A stretch of 64,000 nt of DNA from Bilabrum cf. latius (lineage: Eukaryota), in NCBI GenBank assembly GCA_965178125.1, contig OZ237737.1:310001-374000 (forward strand). Reading direction: 5' to 3'. Positions 1 through 12,889 of this stretch are shown here, in pieces. Under the pieces are notes generated by a model. It made no database searches and was not told the DNA's origin. It was given only the letters and a program-made list of their open reading frames with translations. The position numbers and the translations under genes are program-made. Positions within the stretch are counted from its first letter, which is position 1. Every line of letters starts with the position of its first letter.

Positions 1-15
1 ACTACCATCCAAGCC

Positions 16-2229
16 TCAGATCTGCTCATGGTCAGAGTCCTCCTCGGGACCCTCATCGTGCGACTCGTCCACCTCCGCCTCCAATCCCGCGCTGTTCTCA
101 TCAGCAATCGCATCCTCCAAAACATCCTCCCTTTCAATGCCCTCCATCTCCTCCAGGCTCGAGACACCCCCGGCAGGATCTGCTCCCTCGACCTCCGAGC
201 CGTCGTCGGCAAGCCTCGCATTGCCGCTTGCGTCATGACCTCTGCCCTAGTCGCCTTCCTTGCCATCTGCTCCCCCCGCGCCCGCTTCGCCGTTCATGGA
301 GCTGCGCATCCCTTCCACCGCTGCCTGGAACTAGTCAAGCTGCCAGCTCGGCCCAACCTCAAAATCGTCGTCCATGATACTGAGCTGCTCCAGCTCACTC
401 ACGAGGTGCTCTTTCTCCACTGTATTCAACAAGAGTGCCGCGTCGATCTTGTCCGCTGCACGGACCAGCAACTCAGCTGCTGCCTCAGCAAAGTCTTCCT
501 CCAGTATGCCTTCCGTGATTCCGTCGCTGAGACAACTGATAGTCCCGAGCTGGAAGGCTTCCCTGTACGACTCCACCGGCATGGTCGAAAGGTAGTTGGC
601 GACAACGAATGTGGCCTCTTTGCGAACGCTCGGATCCTCCTCTTTCTCTCTGACGATTTCAATCGCGGCCTGCAGGGCACCCTCGTCCACCAGCTGGTGG
701 GCCTGCTCGGGGGTCCCGGCAGCAACATTGCTCAGCGCCCACATTGACTCACGTCGCAAGGATACCTGCGGGTAGCCCATGCATTTCATCAGCAGGTCGA
801 TGGCGCCGTGCTGCAGGGCGGCATTAGTAGGCTCAACGTTGCCTGACACCAGATCGGAAACGAATCTCTGCATCGCGGTGATCACCTATCGCGGCGGACC
901 CGCTCCCGAGCTATCACTGCCGCCACTGGAGGAACCCGATCGCCCGGACGAGGACCCGGCCTTGGATCCCGCTCGAGCAGAAGCGGGGTTCACCTCTCCG
1001 TACTGGTCGAAGAGGGCCTGCATGCAGCCCATCAGGGCCTGGTGCAGCCCAGCCTCGATCACAGCCTCTATCTGCTTCTCGTCATTGTCGTTTTGAACGA
1101 GGTACTTGCAGGCCCAAACGACATCTGAGAGCATCTCCGTGTCCAGTGGTCGTCTTCTGCACAGCCCAGCCAGGGTTGTGGCGATCGGCAGGACATGTTC
1201 AAGAGGACGGCTAGGTCTAGCCCTGCGTAATATGCTGAGTAGGGCACTAGCAGGGCACTATAATATGCATTGATTCCCGTACGACTTCGTTCGGAGCACA
1301 TTGAGTCTAGCTGATTTCTGTACAAGCATGGCTCGAAGCAACTGATGGCGCGGACGGGTGTACCGTAGTCAAATACAAAATGAAACCCACCTGCACATGT
1401 TGGACAGCGCCCATGATGCATTTCGCAGCACATTTGTGGAGGCATCTGGATTATTCAGCAAGGCCAGCAGTGGAGGCAGCGCGCCGTCTTCCACGAGGCG
1501 GTCATGCGCCTCGACCCCGTCGCCCGCGAGATTGCCCACCGCCCACGCGCACTGCTCCTGGACCTCAGCGTGCGGGTTGCGCATTCCGTCGATGAGAGAC
1601 GTGGCTGCACCCGACTCCATGATGGCTGCGGAGTTCTCCGAATCACCGCTGGCGATGTTGGTGAGCGCCCATGCCGCCTCGAACTGCTGCCTTGGGTTGG
1701 TATCGTCGCGCAGCAGCTCAACGAGCAGAGGGATAGCGCCCAGTCTGCACGTCTCTTTGACGGGCGGGCTGTCTACTGCGTGGCAGCTGAGGCATTCGAG
1801 CATGGGCGTGGACTGTCCTGGCCTCGTTCGCCGCCTTCGAGTATAAGGTAGAACTAGCAGCGCTAGCACACTCGCATCGCACGTAGCACCTTCTTACCTA
1901 CGCTCAGCAATCGCCGGATATCATGGACGGCTTGCAATAGAATTTGCGGGTCGCTGCATACTCGTAGTGTGGAAACCAACATTGGCAGCAAGTCAACCTG
2001 CTCGAACAAGGCACATGAAAGACGCACTGAGGGATAAGATATCAAGCAACTTCAGTCCCTTTCCGGCAATCAACTCGAGAGAGATCAAAGGTGTTGTAGA
2101 CGTGTCGTGCGTGAGACCAGCAAACCTGCGATGCAACCAGCTGTGCAAGCTCACAGAAAGCTCGCCCTCCTTCGGCGGCTCCAGGCCCTCAGGCAGTGGA
2201 AGCTCAGATACTGTATCCTAGGATGCCAT
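16..2229 (-). CDS. Importin alpha-like ARM-repeat protein, 4 exons, acidic C-terminal tail
   Basis: ARM motifs [59 protein letters not shown]. Predicted exons 2229-2155, 1997-1898, 1775-1391, 1222-16 with GT..CAG introns that keep frame. Four in-frame TAG (e.g. 886-888, 331-333). Ends TGA at 16-18. Confidence 0.85.
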
Positions 2230-2352
2230 ATACTGCTCTTTGGTTATACTTGAGGAAATTTTGCGTGGTTTTATCCGGAACGTTCGTCAGTGGCTGAAGA
2301 GGTGCTTGAGCGAGAGATCGCATTTCCGTCCCGATCTGTGGACCGTAGATTC

Positions 2353-4356
2353 ATGAATTTTATGGATAGGGTGCAATGTCGTGTGGATCATGCTGTTGGC
2401 GCTGCGGCCGTCGCTGCAGCGGCTGCTTCTGTGGCCTTTCTAGCCAAACCCCTTTACCAATTGCGGGGATTGTTCGCTGGGACGACTAGATTTGATCTGC
2501 CCGAATTGTGGAACCTGATTGCGGTCGTTACGCTCTTCGCATGGATAACGTGGCTCGTAGCATTGTCGTGGAGCCCCATGATTCACGACAGAACCCACGT
2601 GAAGCGAAGCCTACACGACAGAGACCAGGATGTCCATGCCAAACGTCGCGTTGGCAAGGGATTGCCCCCCGCATATCCAGACGGTTGGAGATGCGTGTGT
2701 TTATCCCACGAGCTGAAGCACGGGTGCCATCGAAGCGTCACCATTTGCGGGAAGAACGTTGTGGTGTATCGGCCGGAGGACGGTAATCTAGGATCCTCCG
2801 GGCCTGTGTGCTTGTCGGCGTACTGCTCGCATCTCGGTGCACATATCGGTGCGGGAGGAAAGGTCGTTGGCTGCTAGATGGAGTGCCCCTTCCACCAGTG
2901 GAGATTCGGGCCCGATGGGTCTGTGCAGTACACTCCCGCTCACGCAGAGGGCAGGGACAGGCTACCAGGAAAAGCAGCGCGGATCAAGTCGTACCCGTGC
3001 ATCGACAGGAATGGACTTGTGCTTGTCTGGTTCAGCTGCTTGCATGCTACGGACGAATCCATGCTCAAGGAGGCCATGCAGCTGGCCGACAAGATGCAGC
3101 AGAGCGCCCACCAGGCGAGCTCGCCACAGCCCGGCGCAGCCACTGCCAGGGCCAGCCTGCACCTCGAGTCCAAGGAGCGCGAGGATCAAGACAATGACGG
3201 TGCAAGGGCAGCAGGTGGTGATAGCTCATCCGGATCCCTTGCGGTGGTCAGGGAGGGGGCAGTGGTGGTGGCAGGGGAGGGAGCAGTGGTGGTGGCAGGG
3301 GAGGGGGCCGGGGCAGGCCAGCAGAAGCAGAGGCTTCGGAGCGCACGAGTCCTGACAATCGCCGAGTCCATTGCTGCCAGCAGGGAAGCCGCCCAAGGAA
3401 CAAGGTGGGGGGACCCTAGGGAACACCCGCTTCCCCCGTGGTTCGAAGTGCCCGTGCACCCCGCCATGGAGGCAGGTGATTGGGTCTTCCATGGGAGCAC
3501 CTCCCACATCATTGACGCGCATGCGTGCGAAATGCCGGAGAACGGCGCGGACGCCGCTCACCTTGGTTGCCTCCACAAGGACTTCGTGTTCCCTGCGGTG
3601 GGCTTGTTCCTCGAGCACGGGTGGGACGCCACGTGGAAGGGACAGCCCGCCAAGGTGTCCGCTGGCAAGTACCGCGGGCGATTGAACGAGCAAACGGCGG
3701 GATCCAGCACGGATGGAGGTAGGGGAGATCGCGGCGCCATCAGCAGAAGTGCTGGATCGGGCAGCGTGGACCGGGGGAGCCAAATGCAGTCGTCCATAAC
3801 TCGGGTGAGGCAGGAGTGGTCCAGCGACCTTCCCTCCCAGGGAACAAACCCAGCCCCGTGTGACGAGAGCGGCAAGCCAGGCGGGCCCACGGAGGGGCTA
3901 TTCAGCAGCAGCATCAGCATCGACGAGAGCATGCGATTGGCCCGGTGGCTGGGCGGCGCCCGGCTGCCTCTCGGCGGCGTCAAGGTGCACGTGCAGCAGT
4001 GCGGTCCCGCCGTCGTGTTCCTCAACATGGAGACGGACCTGGGTCCGCTCGTGGTGGTGGAGACCGTGCTGACCATCGCTCCGCTGAAGCAGCTGGTGCG
4101 GCACTCGCTCTTTGCCCCGCCAGCCATCCCCCGGCTCTTCGCCCGCTTCGTGCTGGATGCGACAGCCACGCAGTTCGAGCGCGACATGGAGGTGTGGGCC
4201 AACAAGAGGTATGAGCCCAAGCCGGTGTACACCAAATCGGACCCGTACATTCGCCAGTTTCGGTCATGGTACCGCCATTTCTTCCGGTACGGTTGCTCGA
4301 CCTTTGCCGAGGTGTGGCAGGAGGAGCAGAGCTAGGGGGTGTCGCTCGAGTGGTGA
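2353..4356 (+). CDS. nvd: Rieske-type cholesterol 7-desaturase (Neverland/DAF-36 family)
   Basis: N-terminal TM segment, LPPAYPDGW, Rieske motif CSHLGAH...GC[TAG]MECPFH, iron motif ENGADAAHLGCLH, QFERDMEVWANK. Reading through TAG 2875-2877 completes the Rieske motif. Reading through TAG 4333-4335 gives the family-typical C-terminus ...SLEW-TGA. Confidence 0.9.
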
Positions 4357-4611
4357 GAGAGGCACTGCTGCCAGTGGGCCGCTACGGGGTCGCCAGGCGG
4401 GGGTGGCATGCATGACTTGTTTTATTTTTCTTGCTTATGATTTGCTTCATTACTTTGTCGTTGAGTTTAGCGTAATCTCGACGGCAGTGGTTCCGGTTCC
4501 TGTCTGATCCGTGCGACGCCGAGCGAACACTCCTTTCTGGCGTGATTCATACTAGCTTGGGACTTGCTTAAACAGGTGGCCCCGCTTGTTCTATTTCCTT
4601 ATCTCATACCC

Positions 4612-7600
4612 ATGCTGCATTTGGCGTTGGCCCTCTAGATCGTACTAGTTGCGATCTTTGCACGCGCCGAGGTGAACGTCTCCTGGTGGGAGAACGGTGC
4701 GTTTGGAGGGAGTCCCGCGCACAGCAGTATCATTCCCGTCCCTTGTATTGGGCAAGGATGCTCTGGGAAGCAGCCGTTGATTGCTTTGCAGAGGGCAGCG
4801 ACGGTGCGATTGCTCGGGAGTATCCTGCAGCAACCACAACGGGCTGGATGGATCCACTTCGCCGTCTAGTGCAACGCCGGCACCCGGCTTTGGATTGACG
4901 ATCACATGCTCATTGATACAACAACCGGAACATTTGCCAACGCCAGCGAGGGGAGCTATCCGCAAATGCAGGTGGGCTTCGTCCCGGTCCCGATCGAAGT
5001 CGGGCCTGCCTTGCTGCGAGCTGAAATCCGCACGGGTGAAACATACGATACCAGCTTTGCTCTATTGTGGAACAACTCGGCTGACGGGAGCTTCTAGGCC
5101 ATCCCTGCGAACTAGCTCCAGTCTTCGGTGCCGGACTACGAGCACGAAAGGATCGGCCTGCTGGACGCGATGCGCAACCAGGGAGGATGGGGAACGCACA
5201 GGGACCAAAGCGCCCTCGATTACGTGCTGCTTCCCGAGTCGTTCGTCCTGCACACGGGTCTGCGGGACACGGAGACTGGCAAGACGCTCGAGGGCAACGT
5301 CGCCCCGACGCCCGCCGACAAGGGGCTGCGTTTGAGGCCGATTGCGCACAGCTACAACGCTACGGGCGAGGGCGGGTTCTACTCCAAGCTGGAGCTCTCT
5401 CTTTGGAATGACAAGAATTGCACCGTCACCGCGGAGGCATCGGCGCCTAGAGTCCCCTCTGCCAGTGGGTTTGAATCAGGCAGCACCATTTCGGATGTAG
5501 ATGCAAGCTCCCAGTGGCAGTGGCGCGGGGCCGCAGGGCTGCACCTCGTCGTTGCATACACGGCCACTGGGAGCGACTGCGCCACCATGCAGCTTATGGC
5601 ACGAGGCGACGTTCTATACGGCCGCACCGGATCCTTCAGAACTGTGGCAGCACCTGACGAGGCCGGGGCGCATGTGAACCCGATGGCCCGCCCTGGCATA
5701 AGCCATGCCACACAACCCCGAGATGCGGCCGATCCTGCGGTACTGTGGGCCACATCAACCCAGCCGCAGCTCGCATCCATTCGATACTATGCATCCAGTC
5801 GCCCCGAGTCCAACGGGACAAACCCTATAGGTGCGCCATCGAACCAGTCGTGCGCGGAGGGGTTCGTCTGCTGGTCACTGGCTGGCAGGAGCACATCCTC
5901 CGGCGCGCTGGTGCTGCAGGCCAACAACGGCAGTGCCGCCGATGCGGCCACGGCACTATCCATGCTTGAAGATTCTGCGAAGGCCGTGCAATCCACTGTG
6001 GATGAGCTGCCGAGCCGATGGCGGGACGCTTACGATGCCATGCGCACCGTGATCAGCTTCAACACCATCTACCACCCGAACGCAGGGATGATAACGCCCG
6101 TGGCGCGCGGGTGGGCGCTGCACAATCCCGCAGGATTCATTCTCTTTGACTGGGACAACATTTTCCTTTCGCTCATGGCGTCCCGCGATAACAAGGAAAT
6201 CGCCTATGCCAACGCCATCGCCATCATCCAGTCCAGGACGCCGAATGGATTCGTGCCCAACTGGGCTGGATCGCTGAAGACATCCGCCGACAGGACAGAG
6301 CCCATCGTGGGTGCCAGAGCGGTGAAGGAAATCTACGACAAATATCAAGAGGATTGGTTCGTCAAGAAGGTGTTCCCAAGCCTTCTGAGCTGGGTCCGAT
6401 GGGCCGTCCGCAGACGCACTGGCGTCGCCTCCATGCCCGGACTACTTGTCCTCGGGTCTGACCCGAACCCTGGATGCACAGAGAAAGTGAACAACCTGCA
6501 AGGCGCCAGGTTCGAATCTGGACTGGACAACAGCCCCATGTACGACAGCCCTCCGGTCGAGTACAACACCACCACGCACCACATGCAGCTGTTCGACGTG
6601 GGCATGACCTCCCTCCTCATCTCCGACCTGCAGGCTCTTATATGGCTGGCTCGGGGACCGGCCGATCGTCCGGACGTGGCAGCTGAGCTGCAAGGCATGT
6701 ACGACAACGCTTCGAGGTGGATTGATTCGCACATGTGGAACGACACAGCGGACCTCTGGCTAAATCGTCGCTTCGATGGCTCGGGCTCCGACTTGGGCGC
6801 GTATGACCGGCGTTCGCCGACGCTGCTCTACCCCTTGATCGGTGGCGCGGCGTCCGCAAAACAAGCAGCGCTGGCTTGCCAAAACCATGCGGCCAGTCCT
6901 CTCGAGTTCAACCTCGTCGCTGCAACAGCATCCGATAGGCTTCGAGTGGCTACCGGGTCCGGTGCCGGAGCCGAAGTCTTCGCAGTGCCACTGCAGCGAG
7001 TCAACGTCACGGCGGGGAAGGGCGGGCCAGCCGTCGGGACGGATGTGATGGCGCTGCCAAAGTCCATCGGGCTAGCAATTCGGAACAACGGATCCTTTGT
7101 CGGGCTGGAGGGGTTCCTGCTAGAGGCTGCCAGCGACGGAACAGCACCCGTCGGGGTTGGGGGCAAGCCCGAGGCCCTTGTGCGGTTCGTCAGGGGTCCT
7201 GTGCCATCGAGGGAAATTGCAGACTCCAGTATGCCGGCAGACTTTGCGACGTTGACGCGAAGTGCGGCCAAATAGATGCTGGTGGACGGCACATGGCGAG
7301 AGCTGGGTGTAGAGGCGTACTGCATCGGAGTGCCAGCCACGAACGAGCGGATTGTTGCTCTCCGTGTGCTGCAAGGCAAAGGCTCCGACGGCCGAAGCCT
7401 GTTTGCTACATGTGGCACTGATAGTTGCGTGCAGCAGCACGAGTCCATGGGGTACAGGCAGGTGATCGAGAGCATGTGCCACGCGGTGGCGGCCACGGCG
7501 CCCGATGGCCTCGGCTCCACAGAGGTCCAGGTCGGAGGGTTCGGACCCATGCCGTCGATCGCCCGAAACGACTCTGCGTTCACGGATAACGCGTACTGGA

Positions 7601-7872
7601 GGGGACGCATCTGGGGTCCCATGGTGCAGCTCACGTGGTGGGGCTTCAACAACGACAAGTACAGGGACGTGCCTGCAGTGCAGCAGGCCAAGCGCTCGAT
7701 CGCGGAGCAGGCAAGGTACTGGCTGCTGGTGATGTGGCAGGCAGACAACAAGGTCATGGAGAATTACAACGGAGAGCATGGGTGGTCCGTGGATGTGGGA
7801 GATGCCAACCCGTTCTACCACTGGGGCGCCCTAAACGCTTGGGTGGGCTTGCGCACGAACGGACTGGCCTGA
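4612..7872 (+). CDS. Secreted GH63-like glycoside hydrolase with N-terminal PA14-like segment (~1086 aa)
   Basis: Signal peptide MLHLALAL[TAG]IVLVAIFARA. Motifs ILFDWDNIF, DRTEP, ARFESGLDNSPMYD, YWRGRIWGPM, ENYNG, PFYHWGAL. One frame joined across 5 TAG (4636, 4867, 5095, 5113, 7273). Ends TGA. Confidence 0.8.
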
Positions 7873-7975
7873 GCCCTGCTGTTGCGTCCACGCAAAGGGT
7901 CGGACTTTGGAAGAGCGCATCTAAGACTTTATCAGATTGACTCAGTCGCAACAAAAACGCATACGGTCACAACAG

Positions 7976-10900
7976 TCAGTCTCCTTGCAGGTCTACGTAG
8001 CCTATTGCATCGATTGCGCTGCGGATGGAGTTCCACGTTGCCGTTACGCGCCCTTGTGCACCATGGATCGCACCACCTGCACAGCCCGCGATCGATCCCA
8101 TGAGCTTGCCAGCATGCGAGGCCGTCTAGTTGCCGCCGACGCAGGCAGGCTCCAGCCGCTGCCACGTATCCAGCAGCTGCACAGTGACCCTGTCGCTGCC
8201 ATCGGAGCTCCCGTGATCTGGCACGTCACCGAACGGCCAATGCCTGCACCAGTGCCGGGACTGCGAGTCTACCACAATGACAGGAGCAGGCGAAACGATC
8301 CGGACCAGGTCAACCAGTGCGTGTGGATCAGAGCTCGCTTCGTTCATGTCTCCCCACGCAACAACTGCGATTCCACTGGCTGGCCACAGTGCAGACAAGA
8401 GGTCTTCGACTGGGCGATTGATGCTCCCGCCGTCCCCCAACGCAAACTGCCTGAGCCTCTTTGCGTTTTCTTTTTTGTCCATGCTGGCACCAGATCCGCC
8501 AGCAAGCACCGCTGCAAGCTTCTGCCGCACTGCGCAGCTCAACCAGTCTGCGAACCTTTCTCCTATAGCCGCGCCATCCCAGTCAGATCCGTGCGTGACA
8601 TTGCCAGCTCTGACGTCCTGCAGCCTGTGAAGCTCAGCTCCAACGCTGGCAGGCAGGCTAGCAGGATACACATCAAAGGCATCGTCGTCTGGATACGCCG
8701 GTCCACCACTGCTCACCAGCTCTGGCTTGTGCCCGAGAACACTCTCCAGGTTTCGTACAGCCGTCGGCATGCTGTTCGCATGAGGGTCGCCAGAGGCAAG
8801 TACACTCTCCGACACTGTTCCGTTTGAGAGTTCAACATCCGTTGACGGCATGGGGCTGTGCAAGTGGGGTGGCAGCATGTGTTCAGGCAGATCGAAGCTC
8901 TGCAGGTGCTGGTGGCGGCGGACAGACCACGTGAAGCGATGCAGAGCTCGACGGGTGCTACCTGCCACGGATCGTGCAGCGGCATACGCCATGCATTCAC
9001 TGAGCACGGTACGATCGGTGGACTGCGGCAGCTACTTGAAATCTCCTGCGTCGTCTAGCACTCCACCGTGAATCAGCTCGCTCGTCTGCAACCCTGCCAA
9101 GCCGCTCTCAATACCTAACACTGGAGCTTGCAGTAGATCACTGCGGTGATCAGGATCAACCACACTTGAGGCTTTGCCCCCTTCAACATAGTCGGCAGTC
9201 CCTGCAATCAGCCGCAGGGCCCGTCGTCTTGGCTCCCCGGTCAGCGCTTGACGCATGACCACCGCGAGCTTGGAATCGGGCTCCATGCGTGCTCGAGCGG
9301 CCGCCTTGGCCTTGACAAGGACGCTGAGACCCGCGTGCACCGCGCGAGCTACCTGCTTCCCGAAGGCGTCCATTTCCAGGAACTGCGCATTGAAGTCTTC
9401 GGTGACGTGTGCCTCCATCACCATTGTGGGTGCCTGCGACACTGGAGCGGGGAAGCTGGCAGATGCTGCCGGACGGTCCCTGTCGACACCTGCACGCATC
9501 CACGCGCTAGCATCCCTGTCGTCGTGCACCATGCCCTGCTCGTGTCCCTCCGCGCGAGCCTAGGACCGCATCGCGCCCTCACGCAGCTCGTTGTAGTAGC
9601 TGCCGGGATACGCCGAGCCCTCGCTTTCAATGTGTGGAAGTTCCGTCTGTCCGCCGTGCCTCCCGGACACGTACACGCGAATCACCGGGTGCAAGAAACG
9701 ACCTTGCGTCGGGTCATCGTCGCTGAAGAAGGCGCGGCGCAAGGACAGCACGTCGGTTTGGTCGTGCTTCGAGTCTGCGCGCTTGGCGCCCTCCCCATAG
9801 TCGAGAGATACCGTGGCGTACACAGCGAACCCAGAAGGTGTATTGCCTGCGTCTGTGGAGGCTCTGCACCTCGCGACTCTTCCTGCTGTCCTCCTATCAC
9901 GCTGCTCCTTGTGCTGCGCCGCGGAGCACCTAACGGCCTTGCTGCACGCCTGCAGCTGGTGGGACCACCTCCTCGCCAGCTTGTGCACCTCCCCCTTGGG
10001 TACCTCTTCCATGTAGAAGCCACCCGATGACTCCCTCAGCTGTCCTGGCATGCGGTTGATGTACTCTGGCGTGTCTGGGTCTCCCTCTGGTCCCCAGATC
10101 CGATGCCGATCGGGCTCCGGCTCCCTTCGCGTTCGAAATCCGTTCTTGACCGTCCGGTACCCGCCCACCTGGGCCACGTCTGGTTTGAGATCTCCCTTCA
10201 AGTGTGCAAGCAACTGATTCGCCAGCTCTGGTCGACACGTCTTCTGCAGGGCAGCCTCAGGATAGTCGCCCTGGGCAAGCGCAGCCAAGGTCTGGACCAC
10301 ATGCCTCTGCGGGCCGTCCCAGTTGCTGGCGCTGCGGCCCCACAGCTGGCTGTCGAGGTCAAGGAGCACGACATCTTGCAGCTGGCCAAACATCTGATAC
10401 AGGCCAGAACCCACGAGCAGCCTACGCTTGATTGCATACAGTATGGAGTCGAACCCTTGCAGCCGCATGCGAGGCCAAGCCTGCGGCGAGTGCTCTGCTT
10501 CCTCCTGCATGACCCGGTCCTGGGCCCGAATCAGGTACCTAAACCCATGAACAAACCCACCACTTGCTACCCTCCAGTCCGCTGCATGCATAAGAGTACC
10601 AGCAAAGCGTATGCCCGCGTGTATCGGGCTCTGAAAGGCGCCGTTCATCGTGGGATACTTGCCCGAAGGCACGATTGGCGGGTACTCCTTTCTGCCCATC
10701 GGAGATAGAAACGACCCGGAGGCGCCATCTTGTTGCGCTTTCGATGGGACAGTTTGCGCTGGCCAAGCGAGGTCTTCTCTGACCGTGCTGCTCACCTCCG
10801 CTCGGCTGTCCCCTGCAACTAGCGTGGGGTTATCGTCAGGTTCGCTTGCAGCCGCATCCTGCCCTGCAGCGAGTTTGCTGGCCCCTGGCGGTACCTCATC

Positions 10901-12400
10901 TTCCTTAAGAGGTGCTGGTACCTACTACCTAGGCAAGACGTGCATTGGATCCGTGGCAGCTGCGTCCAGGTGCTCCCCGCCAGCGGCAGGCGCAGCTCGC
11001 CCAGCATTGCGGATCGACCGAGCCAGAGATAATCGCCTCCTCCAGCCCACCAGCCCGCCCATGCCCAGATTCAGACCCCCTCGCTGAAACGGGCCGTCAT
11101 CAAACTTCCATCCAAGGCATAGCACCACAGTATCGTACTCAAGCAGGTCGGCCGAAGGCTCCCCGTCAGCACACGATCCCTGCCCATCGACCATCAGGGT
11201 CAGCTTCTTGCTCCTTGGGTCCTTGCATAGAAAGCTGGCGTTCAGAGGCGCCTCCAGCATACCGTCCTGGATCTTGAGCATGTACGTCTCAATCAGCGCC
11301 GCGTGAGTCATCCTCACGTCCCCCGGGTAGTGCGTCTCCCACGCGAGCCTGGCTCTTGCCGAGTCCCTGCCTATTACGTGCACCTGTCTCGCTCGACGGA
11401 GGGCGTTGTCAGCCACCTCGAAGGCTGCGTTGCCGCGGCCAACGATGAGGACCGACCGTCCCTCGAAGTCCGCTGGGTCACCGCTCAGCTCGTCGTACCT
11501 CGTCCCGTGCTGCTCGAGGCCTCGCAGCGAAGGGTGCACCGAGCCCTTGCTCAGGCCACTGGCCACGATCAAGTGGCGGCACACGAACCGGCGAGTGGAC
11601 GGGTGCACGCCCTCAACTGTCGTGCTGAGGTTCACCGCCGTGGAGCGGTCCAGGATCACCTCATACCTGGGGCGCCAGAGGAGGCCTTGCTGCCGCGCCA
11701 TGCTGCCTGCCTCGGTCGCGTTCAGTGGGCGGACGAGGTGGACGGGAGCACCAAACACGACGCGCAGCCCAAACCTCTGCCTAAACGCATCGATGTACGC
11801 CGCTAGATCGTCGGCGCTGGGATAGAATTCCCTGCTAAAGTGCCGCATCTCGAGCGGTGGTGCGGCCAAGCCTTCGGCAACCGTCCCGTCCCAGCGCAGC
11901 AGTCCTAGCGCCCGGGAATCTGGACTGTGATTCTGATGCTGGCGCGCTGGGTCCCTGAGTAATCCATCCAGCCTTGAGTACGCAGGCGAAAAACTGTCCA
12001 GATTCCTTGATGCGTCCATGTCGAACGTGAAGGAGTGGCTTAGTTGCTCCGCACCAGTCCGACTGCCAAGCGGAATATCCTGCAACAGCGAGTTCCAGTC
12101 GTGTCTGAGTCGGAATTCGTGTTCATTCCTCGAAGTGAAGCGCTTATTGATGCTAATAAGCTTCCTGAATTTGGGGTAGTCGCGGAAGAAGGAGCCAGAC
12201 TCGTGTGATCGCTCTAAGACAATGTACTCGCGGTTAGACTGATGCAGATAAAAGCCTGTCTAGATTCCTGCTGGTCCAGATCCGAGAATAACATTTTTTG
12301 AGTAGAATGATGGCTGCCCAGCGTCTGATTCAGTCTTGCCGGCAACTGCTGCAGAAACAAAAGACAGGGCCAGCAGGCCCACGGCAGCGCTCCACTACAT
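7976..12400 (-). CDS. FOXRED2: FAD-dependent oxidoreductase FOXRED2-like with long C-terminal extension (~1474 aa)
   Basis: Signal peptide, then VILGSGPAGI[TAG]TGFYL, GSFFRDYPKFRKLISINKR, RHDWNSLL, VGRGNAAFE, LAWETHYPGDVR, GGFVHGFRYLIR, GLYQMFG, FLHPV. One frame across 7 TAG. Ends TGA 7976-7978. Confidence 0.88.
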
Positions 12401-12889
12401 GCAGCTTAGCGTCAGGTGGATTTTAGATTCCTCCGCCTAGAAAAGCATTTGAGCGAAGATGTATCCGTGCTGTTTGCACCACAAACCTCCGCGGAACGAT
12501 TCTGACGTCGGTTGCAACCTGGGTTTCGAAATTGAAGAAGAAGATACAGCAGCCACAACCCTGGGACATCAAGCTCGTTCGGTGACCCGAGTCGATGGGC
12601 TGCTTGCAGGCATCGCCCCGCAGGCTAGTCTCCCGGCCTCAGGCTGGCAGTGGGGCTGCATTGGACCAATCAGGCCACCCACCCCCTTTGAACCTCTGGT
12701 GTGGGACGCGCCTGAGGTCACGAGGTTGCTTCATGCATTTGCGGGCTTCGCTGGCCGCAACATGGTACCGGTGGCATAGTCTCCGTGGCAGCGCCTCGGT
12801 AGCATGTGAAGATCGCCTCGGCCTAGATCTCGTACAGGTGTGGTGCGAGCGGGAGCGAGGTACAGGAGAAAAGTCTGTGATTCAATCAA

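Noticed and set aside
12459-12779. 106-aa ORF between FOXRED2 and PFDN4
   Set aside because: No recognisable motif. It may be a small gene but cannot be supported from sequence alone.
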